Positions 1 through 11,959 are shown, numbered from the whole stretch's first letter. The stretch is DNA of 57,907 nt, filler included, from Sphacelaria rigidula (GCA_964200075.2; 9 parts of 9 records of this genome joined end to end with filler, not necessarily neighbours in it); one strand, 5' to 3'. Notes: a model not told the origin generated them from the letters alone. Numbers and translations are program-made.

Positions 1-1572
1 TTTGTTTTTTCCCACTTTGTTTTTTTTTTTTTTAAAGAAAATTTATACCGGCAAGTAACCTTTTTGTTACTCCTTCCCCCCCCCCCCCCCCCCTTTTTTT
101 TTCCGCCGAGAAGCGCCGTCGTTGAAGCGTACGTAGGATGGATGGTCAGTCGATCACAAATCGATTAATATAAACTCTCTTCATGTGATGTTTTGAATCC
201 TTGAGCTCCCCTCTATCCACGCAGTTATTTCTCTGCCTGTACGGGATAGCTTGCGGGGCGTGCCTGGGAAGAGGAAGAGAAGCCATCGCCGTCGGGTCAG
301 CTCGTACGTTTCCACGATAGAGACGTCAATCATGTGTTTTGTACCTCAAATAATTACACCGGATCCGTGTAGTCAACAAGGCGGTGTCACGTTGCTTCTT
401 GCTTGGTTATGTTTTTTTTCTTCAGTGTCTGCATCTTCGAATTCGGTCGACCATGAAAGGGACTGCCGAGCCCAATTCCCGTAGTACGAGTCGAGTAAGC
501 ACTGGTGGAACTGCGCTTACATTTTCTGTGCACTACCGGCAGCAGCAGTCGTTCGCATGGCTTGTCCCTTTGTGTCATGAGGCAGCAACTGAGTTGGTCG
601 GGGGCGATTGGGTCATCAAAGTCGCGAGCACATGCAGATGACTGTTTTTTATTTTTCATGCTCCCTGCGCGTTTTTTTTCATGTTGTCGCGCTTCGAGTC
701 TCATTATGTTCGTCGGGTGGTTATTTGGATATGGTTTTTCTTGTCCCCCCACTTTTTTATTCGATGTGTACGCTGGCGCGATTTTGATTTGGTGCAAGTT
801 GAAATTCCGGGTTGCGTGGTGTGCTATCGATGGCAGCTGGGCGGGGGCTCCCCTTCTGTCGTACTCGGAAGGCGAGTGAGAAAAGGAGCAGCGTCGAACA
901 TGGCTGACTGGAACGCATCGAGGTGGTGAAGCAAATGAAACGTCAACTTGTTGAAATGGGTGCGCACAGTACGCGCCTCTGTGGTGTAATGGTTCGACTT
1001 TCACCACACCGTGAGGGCGGAGAGTAGGCGGATGCGATTTCCACCAGATGCGTTGGGTTTTTTTACTTCGAAGTATCTCATTTCCGCCATGGAAACCTCG
1101 AGTATGCGAGTAAACAAAAAGTGATTGACTGAATTTGTTTGACGAGAGTTTGACGCGATGCGGGAGTGCTGACGCAATCCGCGAGACCTAACTGCAAGGG
1201 CGTGTGCCGGGGGGAGAGACGGGTCGATCCCTATTAGTAAAGACCACGGGCTCATCTCGAGGAAGGGAAGAGGTTCAAGCGATAAGAAATGAAAGGAAAA
1301 AACTTTGTGGGGGTTTCGGAATGTGGAGGAGGCGTTTTGCTGTTTCCTATTTCTGTTTGGTTTTTTTCTTCGAGCGTCGAAGCTCAAGTCCCGTCCAGCA
1401 AGTGCGTGCAGACGTACCCTGTCACTCGATGACGTACACGCGTTTGTTGCATGCGACTCGGGACAAGAAGCGGATAGGGTGAACTAGAAAATAAAAGTCA
1501 CCAATTTGTACACGATTAATTAATTTCCTGCCCGTGGTCCCTCCAGAGTACAGTACCATGAGGCTACGAGGG

Positions 1573-1826
1573 ATGCTACGGTAGGGGTGCACAAATATCT
1601 TTTTTTAGATTGGAATTATTAGGAGCCCTTTATCTCATGCAAAACACGACCTATGAGAAAATATGAAAGTACGCCAGGATTACTACTCCAATGTGCTGGG
1701 GATACCCCGAATGGATTTGCAAACGGTGTTGCCCTGACCCATATTTTTGTGCATGTAGAATCATTACGAGCCCCCGAACGACATGGGACATAATTTCGCG
1801 AAAAAAGTGCACCCCTACCGTAGCAT
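1573..1826. mobile_element. MITE-like element with 20-bp inverted repeats (ATGCTACGGTAGGGGTGCAC)
   Basis: ATGCTACGGTAGGGGTGCAC at 1573 and its reverse complement ending at 1826; an inverted homologous copy lies at 49082-49326. Outer CAGAGTACA...TGTACTCTG (1544/1883) may be the true ends. Confidence 0.65.
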
Positions 1827-2103
1827 TGCTCCTACCCCAAACATAGCCGGAGATAACTATATACTTGAACTCGGTGTACTCTGAATCCCGAGTGATTCCT
1901 GAGCATTTTTCAGCCGAGTCAGATCATTTCGCTGTTTGTCTTTTCACAGCACCTCACAGGTACGCATTACGAAGTCTCGAGCAATACGCGCGCGTGTAGC
2001 TTCGACCTAGTGGGTGTAAGGAAACTTGAGCGTTAGAGCAAGAGCGAGAGACCACAGTATACCCCAACGAGGAGCGATGTCACGACCAGATAGTGTCATC
2101 TGC

Positions 2104-2404
2104 TTGTTGTCATCCCATCTAATCTGAACGCCAGTTTACTCCTTCCGGTATACGTGGGCGTATCAGCCGGGATCACACGGGAGGAACGATAATCCTTCAC
2201 CTGCCTACTGCGGTGCTTGCCTTACTTTTCATGACGAGAAGGGTTCAGCGGTCTCTTTCCCTCGTCCACCGTCAAGGTCGAATTTTGTGTACCCACGACA
2301 TTGTCGCTCTCCACTGTTGAGCACGTGAGGAAAAAATCCCAGACAGTGTATCACCCAGATTCGAACCCATTACTCAACCGCCATAAGGTTTCCACGTTAC
2401 CAAC
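2104..2404 (-). mobile_element. tRNA-derived SINE copy (degenerate)
   Basis: Reverse-complement homology to 3037-3428, including the B-box (GATTCGAACC on the + strand) and the CCCTCGTC/GAATTTTGTG body. Confidence 0.75.
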
Positions 2405-3036
2405 GATGAGATAAAAGTGGACATTTCTTCGCCTTGTGTATGTGTATTACAAGGGCTGGCCCCTAAACACGGTCCATCTTCCCCGACACGTCATTTCTGG
2501 AACGACTAAAAATCCACTACTGTACTGTAGTAAAGAAAGCACAGACATGAACAAGCTTTTTCATTGGTTGGAAGAAGCTCAATTATATTTTACTCGGTGT
2601 CGACCATTCGCATACCACCATGCGCACGTGGCATGCTTACAGACAGCGTAACTGTGCCCATGATGGCTCGGGGGGGGAGCTTGAGAAAGACAGGGCCGAT
2701 GAGGTCGTAGCGCTCAAGAGGCGAGGAAAATGCGTTTACATGTTTGCGGGCAAGTCGGGTCTGCATGCGAAGGATCCATCTCTTCCATCTACTGGAACGA
2801 GACGCGCTTCTATCCGACCGACTGAATGTGCACCACACCTCCGCCAACCGACCCGTGCAGGCCTGGTATGTGCACCAGCTACGCGCGAAACCCACGTGGG
2901 TTGCCCTGCACTGTTGCTACAAACACCGTTGCACACTCACTATGGCGGCAAAGAAAATAACTGGTACGCGATAAGCCGAAATTGTGGCTAGAAATCAACT
3001 GACGTTCGGGGGAAAGAAGCCTAGGGTACAGTCAAG

Positions 3037-3428
3037 AGCCGGTCGCCCCGGTGGCTCAGTTAGTGACCTCGAAACCTTCAAACCTACTGACGGTTGGGTC
3101 GTGGGTTCATTTCTCCGAGCAATCTGAGCTTTTTTCTCACACAATGCCCAACAGTGGAGAGCGACTATGTCGTGGGTGCACAAAATTCGACTCAACGGTC
3201 GACGAGGGAAAGGGACTGCTGAACCCCTCTCGCGATAAAAAGAAAAGAAAAGACGAGCACCGCAGAAGAAGGAAGGCGGGGTACTAAAAATAAAGTAAAA
3301 ACGAAAAAGCTCCTGTGTTGACCTTCCTCCTGTTTGACCCCGGCTGGTGCGCCCACATATACCGAAGAAAGGTGCAGACCGGCGTCCAGAATGGGACAAC
3401 AACACACACACACACACACACACACACA
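3037..3428 (+). mobile_element. tRNA-derived SINE, near full length, with (CA)n tail
   Basis: Head GCCCCGGTGGCTCAGTTAG...GTGGGTTCA with Pol III A/B-box-like motifs, ~300-bp body and CA-repeat tail; five homologous copies in the window. Confidence 0.8.
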
Positions 3429-4090
3429 TTCCACACTTCCGTCAGTCTGAGATCTCCTGTGTTTTCTCCGTTGTTTCTTCTGCGCGTGTTTGCACGATTC
3501 TCTCGGCAGATGTTTGACTAGCTCGCTGAAGCGCTTGACGCACTATAGGACACGAACACCCACGGAACATTTACCGCGAGTATGAAAAAAATGGTTCACC
3601 AGGAGATGATTCAGGAGATAGTCGTCTTCGTCTGATGTGTTTCAAAGCACCGTCGTGTTTCCACGGACGGATTGCTCGACGGTTAGTTCCGTTCACAACT
3701 CTTAGATTATCTTATTGCTGTGGCAGCTCCCCACATGCCGATGTATTGCATTTGCGATTATCCTCGACGATAAGTACTACGTAGCTGGCTGTAAGCCCAC
3801 CACGCGTCCTAGTTGTGACATAGTTCGTTGTAGTAAATACGCCAGAAGACACGAAACGCAACAATTGCGGGGGTATTTTCCAGTGCATTTTCCAGGACGG
3901 GCGGTTCACGAGTCTTTTCAGGTGTCCACGTTCCTCAACCTCTTGAGCGATAGTCATGCCAGCTTTTTTCTTTCGCCGTCCGGTTCGAAGATGATCATGT
4001 GCGACTCGTGCACCATTCAGACATGATCACTCGAGGTTCACTCTTTCTTGCCGGCTGGTTTGAATATGGTCACCCCCCCCCCTCCCGTCG

Positions 4091-4605
4091 TTTAAGGATT
4101 GGCGTCGGTTGGTAACGTCGCTGTTCAACACGCCACTCACTGCGTAAGCTCGGCAGCCAGGTACTTCGTTCGCTTGCGTTTTGTGCGGCAAACACGCGGA
4201 TGTGATCGAGTTATTTTAGTACCATACTTTCTGTGCGGAGTTGAGAACCTCAACCTCGGACAAATGGGATGATCGTACTACGCAGTGTTGCAGTGGTGAG
4301 ACACCCATGAGGCAGTGTATCCCTTGGTAGTCTCTGAAAGCGGCGATATCAGAAAATGAAGCAAGTCGACATTGTAGGCTGTCATCGATACTTGTTCGTA
4401 CTTCGCTTTGGGCTGAACAATGTTTATTTAGTAGGATGCAGCTCACCCTTCGTGCGACCCGCCGAACACATCACGGAGCTTCGTGCTTGGTGATTGATTG
4501 CGAAACCTGGTTCGGCGAAAACCCGGCGCTTCCGTTCCGGCTTTGCAGGGATGCGAGGTCGATGGTCTTATGGTTCCGGCATGCAAGATCATAATTATAC
4601 TCCCT
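4091..4605 (+). mobile_element. Non-LTR retroelement family B (~500 bp), C-rich flanks
   Basis: Homologous to 12398-12792, 38275-38572 and 45888-46355; ends in a GGGATGCGAGGTC..ATGGTCTTATG..GCATGCAAGATCATAA motif; preceded by a C-run at 4073. Confidence 0.75.
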
Positions 4606-5321
4606 CTATCGTAAGCTGAGTCTCACGTGAGGTACTGCTGAATCCATTTTTGCCGTCCGGTTTGAACGTTTGGACGTGATCGCGAATAACATGCCAACGT
4701 CACGTTCAGGCAACCGGCACGAATCCCGCCGCAGTAAGATCCACCAGTATAACGGTACGGTGTTGCAAGTTACAACCAACTGACTGTACACTTATTCCAC
4801 CACAGGATTGTCTCCCTGTATAGCAGGGCTGAGAGTCACACACGCACACACACAGGGCGTTACTCATCTGTTGGGTGAATCCTATACTATATGCTACTAA
4901 GCGGTACTGTACCGCATGGTACTGGGTGCGTGAGATCGTCCCTACTTCTTTCGGAAGTTCCTTTGTGACTCAAAAGAAGCCGGCCGTTGTGTCGAGTATA
5001 GTAGTGTAGTGCAGACAGATACAGTAGATACCGTACCGTAGTACAGTCCGTTCGGTGCTGCATTTGCGTGCATGTAAAACGGACAGCAGTGTGGTGTGTA
5101 GAGCACCAACCAATATTTTCCGCATTCGAATCGATCCAGTGCTGTGGTCGTGGCTGCGGTATCTTCGCATAGCACGACAGACCCAGGTGACTTCGGGTCA
5201 GCATTTCTATCGTTGTGGCCAATTGCTGCTATTATACGTAGTAGGTGGCACGGATCGGTGTTGAGAAGAAGAACACCATCTTCAAGTAAGCTGGTTGGTT
5301 CTGCAAGCAAGGGAAAGACTG

Positions 5322-5437
5322 ATGGCGTTCTCGAAAGATGTTTTGCGCGACGCGATGGCTACTGCTGATCCCCTGATCTGCGGAGACAAAGGCTCTGAGC
5401 TTCTTCGGGCGGGGAAGGCTGAAGAATCGGTGGAGTG
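5322..5437 (+). pseudogene. Possible exon of a TPR-repeat protein (probably decayed)
   Basis: Translates MAFSKDVLRDAMATADPLICGDKGSELLRAGKAEESVEW, followed by a GTGAGT donor; resembles the TPR helix-A pattern KGNELFKAGKYEEAVEWY. The upstream frame has a stop, and the putative next exon (~5901) is broken. Confidence 0.35.
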
Positions 5438-6346
5438 GTGAGTGAGTGGGTCGTCTTGTTACAGTTTAGGAAACTATTTCCGTGGTACAACGTCGCGGTT
5501 TTACGACGTCTGTGGGTACATTGTGTGGGCACGTCCGGCGTTTCGTAATTTACTGCTGTGGTGGTACTCTATTGCAGTCTCTTGAACTATCCTGTCGGCA
5601 CATAACCACATCTTACAAAACACCCCCCTTGCAGCACTCCTTCATGGGTGTCGTTTTACTACGGTACAGTATTGAATACATCCAGCACGGACTGTGGTTG
5701 TGTACGAGTGTCATGCTATGGAGCAGAACTACCCCAGCCTGTCGCCAACCTGCCACGGTTGGGACGCGGGTTCTGGAAGTACCGTAAGCACGGCCTTGAT
5801 ACGAGTACCGGTTCTGATTATGCCTCACGATGCGGCGCCATAGGATACAGTTGGATGGTACTGTGCTCTTGCACGGTGTAACTGCGCTACACAACAACAG
5901 GTATGCTATCATGTAGCACTGCAGCGGATATGCTTAGGAACCGTATGTGTCGGAACCCGGTGCGCTCTGCGCGTGGGGGTGGACAACGTGTCCCCAGAGC
6001 GCGTCAACACTTTATCCCTCAGTGTTACGCCCAGTTTAGTGTCACGTTTTTCAACACCACCCTCAGAACGCGACTTGGTGAAGTGAAATAAGTCGACAGG
6101 GCAGAATAATGACAACTATGCTGATGCACAGCTGTAGCACTTATCCTACACTGCCCCTCCGTCGAAGTCCGGTTCAATTTCATCCAGTACAGCACACGAA
6201 CGATCGACGGATGACCAGGAAAAAAGCCATGGAAATCTGTACAACCCCAAAAGCCATTTTCCAATATGGCCTACTAGCTGGGCCAGCCCAGAAACGGATT
6301 TAACCTGGCAGAGCAATATCTCATCACCGGAAACGAATTGGGCCGT

Positions 6347-6446
6347 NNNNNNNNNNNNNNNNNNNNNNNNNNNNNNNNNNNNNNNNNNNNTTAATTAATT
6401 AANNNNNNNNNNNNNNNNNNNNNNNNNNNNNNNNNNNNNNNNNNNN
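6347..6446. other. Artificial contig linker (also at 12793, 19238, 25683, 32128, 38573, 45018, 51463)
   Basis: 44 N + TTAATTAATTAA (stops in all six frames) + 44 N, recurring every ~6445 bp. Confidence 0.98.
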
Positions 6447-6515
6447 GAAATTGAACCCACGACCCAACCGTCAGAAGGTTTCGAGGTTACCAACTGAGCC
6501 ACCGGGGCGACCGGC
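6447..6515 (-). mobile_element. tRNA-derived SINE head (cut by contig end)
   Basis: Reverse complement reads GCCGGTCGCCCCGGTGGCTCAGTTGGTAACCTCGAAACCTTCTGACGGTTGGGTCGTGGGTTCAATTTC, matching the head at 3037. Confidence 0.8.
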
Positions 6516-6679
6516 TGCGTGTATACTCTTTATCCTGGCTACTTTTTTATGGTGGGATAGACTTGCATATCAACTGATGTGTTTTTGTGACGCGGGTGTA
6601 GACACTTATACGCGAGATGAAGAATGAGGCTACTAAGCAATATAACAGCATCTGGAAACAGTTACGTTTACAATACTCC

Positions 6680-6780
6680 GTCGTAGTAGTCGTGGTAGTA
6701 CCGGTAGTCGTAGTAAGTAGTACTATTATAGTAGTACTAGTAGTAGTAGCAATAGTAGTGGTGTTACTAGTAGTACTATA
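6680..6780. repeat. Degenerate (GTA)n microsatellite
   Basis: Imperfect GTAGTA repeats. Confidence 0.85.
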
Positions 6781-7652
6781 CCTGTTCTACCGATGTTCCA
6801 GTTTTTTGGGCCGTGGCTCCTGAGGCAAAACCTGCTTCGACACCCCCTCGCCTTGGAGGGCATATAATTTCGCTAACACGGGTCTGAACAACACTTAATT
6901 TAGTGTGAAGATGAAAATAAATTTCAATGGGGGGCTCTCAGTAGTGCCAGTATGTGCCCACCACGGACACCGGCACTACTCAGAGAACCCGGCACTATTC
7001 TGAAAAGTGCCAAAACAGGTGCAATTGAGGGCTCTGAATACCTCAGTAGTGCCGGTTCTAGCACTACTGACGACCGTCCGTTCGTACAGTGCTACGCTTG
7101 CCCTTCGTGGGACCAACGGAAGCACAAAACGGACGAGGACCTTCGTTTCAAGGGGTTTCGATAGGATACGTCACGTAAGGTTTCGGGGTAGCAGAACTAA
7201 ACCCGATGTTTTTTTGTTGTCGCGAAACACTTGCTGCAGATGCGGTGCATTTCGTTGTTGCCAAACATGCTGCCGCAAATACCGTGGAGCCTCCCGCCAC
7301 ATGTCCCCTGGCAACCGTGACCATGACGGCCTTCTGGCGTCGTGGCCTGCACCAGGCACAGTTCACCTTCCGCACAAGGCATGTTGTGTCCCCATGTTGG
7401 TGGCGGCGGCGAGGGCTCATGCTGTTACTACCTAGTGTCTGTTTTGGGAGTGTAAGTGTTCCTGTCCAATCGTAGCCCCTCACGTGGAATCACTGCTCTC
7501 AAGGTTTACCCCTTCGTCCGCCCACTTGAAGTGGTTCTCGTGACCCCCCCTCCGCCTCCAACGCTCACTCGAATACCACGGAGTCCCTCTTTTTCTTCAA
7601 GTCTTGGTGTTTTTTGGTATTGCGCTCACCCCCTCCCTCCCCTATGCAATAG

Positions 7653-7758
7653 GGTTTCCATCACGCCGGACGGCGTCGAGGCGGTGATGCACTTGGGGCA
7701 GGGGGATATGCGGCGGGTCCTGAACTTACTGCAGTCCACGCATATGGCCTATCAAAAG
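7653..7758 (+). CDS. RFC5: Replication factor C small subunit (RFC5/yeast Rfc3-like), internal exon
   Basis: AG acceptor, VSITPDGVEAVMHLGQGDMRRVLNLLQSTHMAYQK, GTGAG donor (phase 0); GDMRRxLNxLQST is the RFC sensor-2/box VIII motif. Confidence 0.88.
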
Positions 7759-8096
7759 GTGAGGAGAGGACGACCATTTTTGATGATGTAAACGGAGACG
7801 AGACTCGCTTGACAATGAAATCTCAAGGGTTATTTTCTTGAGCTTCGCCGAGTTTTTGTGAGTTGGAACACAGAAGTGCTCTCGTTTTTATTCGCTGCTC
7901 TGGTCCATAAAGTGTTCTCAGACGTTATCTGAACCGTGCTGTGTGTGTGTGTGTGTGTGTGTGTGTGCATGTGTGTTTTCTGTGTTTGTTCCTCCACTGG
8001 AAATGTAAAACTTGCACGCGTGTGCTTACTCGTGTGTCGTGAAGATTGACATGTAAATACCCTTCTCTTGAGGGGGGGTGGGGGTGGTGGGGGTTC

Positions 8097-8161
8097 TCAT
8101 TTGTTGCTTGCCTTGGTCGTTTGACTATTTATTGACCACGCATCCCTTCCGAGACGGAGCA
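8097..8161 (-). mobile_element. LINE family A, short 3' fragment
   Basis: Reverse complement of the family-A terminus, abutting a G-rich tract at 8072-8094. Confidence 0.75.
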
Positions 8162-8826
8162 CGCGGGTGAGACGGGGAAAGGCACCTTTCTGCACAGGCA
8201 CTTGAGGAAGTTCACATTTGGTTTTGTCAACATCGATTTTTTTCGAGATGCAGTTCACAAAATCAGTCGAGAGAGATCGACGAGGAGCACGCAGCCTTGC
8301 CCTTACCACAGCCCGCACCTGAAGCAGTATCACTCCCGCACGCCCGTTTCGATTTTCGGGTGTCCAGCTAACTTTCCGTCCGGTTTTCGGGACTCGGCCA
8401 TCACAAAAGACACCCCGTTTGTGAGCGAAGCTTCTTACAAAGCCGACCGGCTCGTCGACGTGAAAAACTCAGCAGTGTAGACAAAGATTATAAAAGTACG
8501 CCGCTGCGAGACCGTAAGATACGAATCGAAATCGAAAAGTCAAATTGACACGAAGGAAAAAAAGTCCGTGAAGTCGACCTTCAGTTTTTGAGGTTGGACA
8601 AGATTCGATTCGAAATCAGCTTTTTTGTTTTTCATTGCATTCATATTATTTTTTTTCACACTCATTTTCTCCAGTCATCGTGCATATTTTATTTTATTTG
8701 TATTTTTACTANNNNNNNNNNTTTTATTTTGTTTTTTTTCTCTCCCCCCCCCCCCCCCCGATGTTTTCCATAGTTATTTTAGTTGTCTACTCGAGGGATT
8801 TTTTTTTCATGTGTTTCCCGCCCAGG

Positions 8827-9848
8827 ATTGACGTGATCCTCAGAAACTCGCACCTAAACACTGGGAATAAGATATGTATCCTGATGAACGTGGTTGTACC
8901 AAAGCTGGAATATGAAGGAGAAGTATGGGAGTGGAACGTGAAGGTGGTGAAGAAGTTGGAAACAGTACAAATGCCTGCAGCTGAGAAAATACATGGGTGC
9001 CCGAAACGATGAGTAACACAGCATTGAAAGCAGAGTTGGGATTGTACTCGCTTGAAACTAACAGAAACATGAGGAAATTGCGATGACAATATAGCGTAAA
9101 GAGCATGCAGAGAAAGAGATTGCCAGCCATAGTTGATGAGGCTGTATGGAAGAAAAGTACGAAAGGGAAGCCTGGAATAGGGTGGGATGAACAAGTGGAG
9201 AAAGTATGGAAATAGATAGGAGGAAACCAAGCCACAACACTGACCATAGGTGAAGGCTCGGAGTACAAGACAAAAGTAAGAGACGTGATAAAAATGAGGG
9301 GGAAAGGAGCGCTCAGACGCGAAGTAGACGAGGAAGAACACCTCAAGATATACCGAGGTTGAGAGAGGGGAGAGGGACGAAAACGTATTTGCATGGCACA
9401 ATGGACGTGGCGAAAATTTTGAAGCTGCGATTTCGGGTGGGGGGACCTGGACCGGGAGAGGGGAGGAGGAAGTAGATGCGCAGAACTGCCCCTGTGGCGA
9501 AGCAGTAGAGCATAACTCATATTGTGGCAGAATGTAAACTATACAAGGAGGAACGGGACGTGCTAGAGGGGGAAATGCGGGACGTGAAGGAAGATGACAT
9601 GAAATTGTTTGATGCATTATTATCCAGTAGCCAAAAAACGATAGTTATACCAGGAGATAAATGGTGGCCACAGACGGCGAAACAAGACGGGGATAAGATA
9701 TGTAGAAAGTTTTTGTGTAATGTATGGAAGAAACGCGATGGGCTCCCGAATGTTGGAGGTGGGCTTTATTAGGAGTAGGAACGGTGCTCCGTCTCGAAAG
9801 GGATACGTGGTCAATGGTCAAACGACTGAAACAAAGCAACAAATGAAT
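8827..9848 (+). mobile_element. LINE family A, 5'-truncated (~1 kb): post-RT C-terminal ORF2 remnant in the RFC intron
   Basis: Decayed translation VVPKLEYEGEVW...KLETVQ...ALKAELGLYSLETNR...RKLR typical of the non-LTR ORF2 region after RT, then a CPCG..THIVAEC cysteine/histidine motif; multiple stops and frameshifts; many copies in the window. Confidence 0.85.
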
Positions 9849-10660
9849 CTCCCCCTTTGTGTATGTTCCTTATGAAATGACGTCCAGAACGTCTGTCCCT
9901 CATGTCCTTCATGGCATTTGAAAACAGTCGTCGTATGTAGGCAGGCCACACAGCACACATCTATGTGCATGGCGAACTCCGGTGCGCAACATACAAGCGC
10001 CGGAAACAGACAAATGCGAATTCACAGACTAGAGCTGTTGCACGAGGGACATGGGCGGAAGGACCCGCGGTTCTCCAAGCCTGTCCTGCGGGATCGCCCG
10101 TACCCTAGCCAACCCGGTGAGACGGTGCACTAAGGATCCAGCAGACTTGGAATCGCCAGCTCATCCGGGTACCCTGAGTCCTATCCAGTAGCCTTTGCCA
10201 ACCTTCAACTCCTTGCCCACATTACAAGCGAAGGAACATCTGTGTATGCCTAGCTTTTCGGAGTATCTTCTGGCAACAAAGAGGAAATGCTGTAGTGGCT
10301 TTTCACCGCAAGAAGACGGAGGGTTCCCGATTTTTTTTTTTTCTCGGCGGCGTAATGTAGTTACCCCGGAGACGTTCAACAGTTGCTGTAAAACCGCTTC
10401 TTCCGTCAAGCGTGGCGCTGGCTCTCCGTCCCGAGCAGGATCTAACTGGTCGTTCGTTGGAGCTCTTGAGGCGGTTTTGGGCATTCCAAGAGAGTTATAT
10501 TCTCTAAAATTTCACCGAGGATATCCCATTTGAAACCGGCCATTTTTGGCACGTTTCGACGTGAGTAGGCTGTGAATAGTGAAAGTGTAGGCACGTCCCC
10601 CCCAGGAAGATCTCGCCTGTTTTTGTTGTCGCTGTTGTTATAATTATAATCCATTGCAAG

Positions 10661-10753
10661 GTGGATGAGCGGCATGCGTACCTCTGCGCTGCGGCGCCGT
10701 TGAAAGAGGACATGGAGCACATCCAGCACGTCCTGTTGACGTCGTCTTTCAAG
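10661..10753 (+). CDS. RFC5: Replication factor C small subunit, next exon
   Basis: AG acceptor, VDERHAYLCAAAPLKEDMEHIQHVLLTSSFK, GTGAG donor; phase 0 joins exon 7653-7758 and resembles the RFC5 segment after the sensor-2 motif (V.E..VY.C.G.P...DI..I...L). Confidence 0.8.
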
Positions 10754-11439
10754 GTGAGCAGCGACCGCGGGGAGCTACCCTGTCTACTTTTTTGCTGTTA
10801 AGGCGTTTTCGTCCATTTTTTTTCTCCTTTTCATTCCTCGTTTTGCAATATAGGCCACTCGTGTAGATTTTGCTCTGCTCTTTAGGTGTGTGTGTTGTTT
10901 TCTTTTCTCGTGTCATGTCTCTTGTGTCAGAGTTTAGTCACATCGCCCACGCGCGAGCTGCCGAGGCTAATCTGCGTTTGATGTCGTTACATTCATCCCT
11001 GGCAGAGATCAGCAGTGATACCTTTGGACTAGTATGAATCTTCTTCTTAAACAAGAGATGTTGATGATCAGTTCATCTCTAATTGGGGGTGTTATACACC
11101 GTCATCATAACGAGCGACGTGCATTTCGGAATACTTCCCCGCGCCAACAACTCTCAGCAGACCATGCATGATGTCGGAAGCAGTATCGTAATGGCACACA
11201 GTTGTGCAAACACATGAAGAACGTAGTACAGCGGTGGCGGCATTAATGTGCTCTTGTGGTACGTGTCGATTGTACATGGTCCGTGGTCCGTGGTATACGT
11301 GGTACACGGTACACGGTACACGGCACACCAGTCACGTAATTGTGAGTATGGTTCGCCTCGTCGTGCGCTTACTACCCTCCGTGGACAGGCAAGCGTTTTT
11401 CTAGTATTTTTTTCTCCCTTCCCCATGTTGCTCCTCTTT

Positions 11440-11582
11440 TTTTTTTCTTCTTTTCTTCTTTTATCTTTCTTGAGCGATCATTTCCGTATCCCTTTTGTTC
11501 ACCTTGGTTACATATGTCTTGTCACCATGACCAGGTCCCTCGAGTATCAGTTGTTGTGAGACAATCAGTCACTCAAATCAAT
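11440..11582 (+). mobile_element. Retroelement family C 3' end with (CAAT)n-like tail
   Basis: Pyrimidine-rich stretch, then ...ATGACC...TCAGTT...GACAATCAGTCA; homologous to 39975-40115 and 49780-49930. Confidence 0.5.
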
Positions 11583-11959
11583 ACTTACTTCCTTCACATC
11601 ATCGTTGGATTGTGCGTCGCTGTGTGCTGCGTTGCAAATGCCTCGTCCTCATTGGAATGATGCCCTTTATGGCAGAGGGCGGGCGGTTTAGGTGCGAGGG
11701 TAGTGGAACGATGCAGGGTCATGATCCAATCACAGTCTCTTGGAAGAAGGGGTCGGTGAAGTGTCACGGTAGTTTTTTTCATGTTGCTAGAAGCTTGTGT
11801 GTGTGTAGAAATGTGCTAGAACGTTGTGCCCTGAATTTTCGTATTTCGCTTTTTTCTTGGTGTCGGATAAAAACTTTGGTCTTACATGGATCATGGTATC
11901 TATCTTGCGGGCCCGCGATCTAATGCCCCTCCACCACCCTCCCCGCACATTAGATATTA

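Noticed and set aside
387..1007. 206-aa ORF and overlapping ORFs
   Set aside because: No recognisable domain, non-ATG start, and T/A-run composition typical of non-coding DNA.
3040..3120. Functional tRNA gene (also 6447-6515 and 43840-43910)
   Set aside because: No intact cloverleaf or acceptor stem, and it is attached to the same SINE body wherever the flank is visible.
6391..6402. TTAATTAATTAA motif recurring every ~6.4 kb
   Set aside because: Artificial six-frame-stop linker, not biological.
8787..9617. 276-aa and 226-aa minus-strand ORFs
   Set aside because: Antisense shadows of the purine-rich LINE A fragment.
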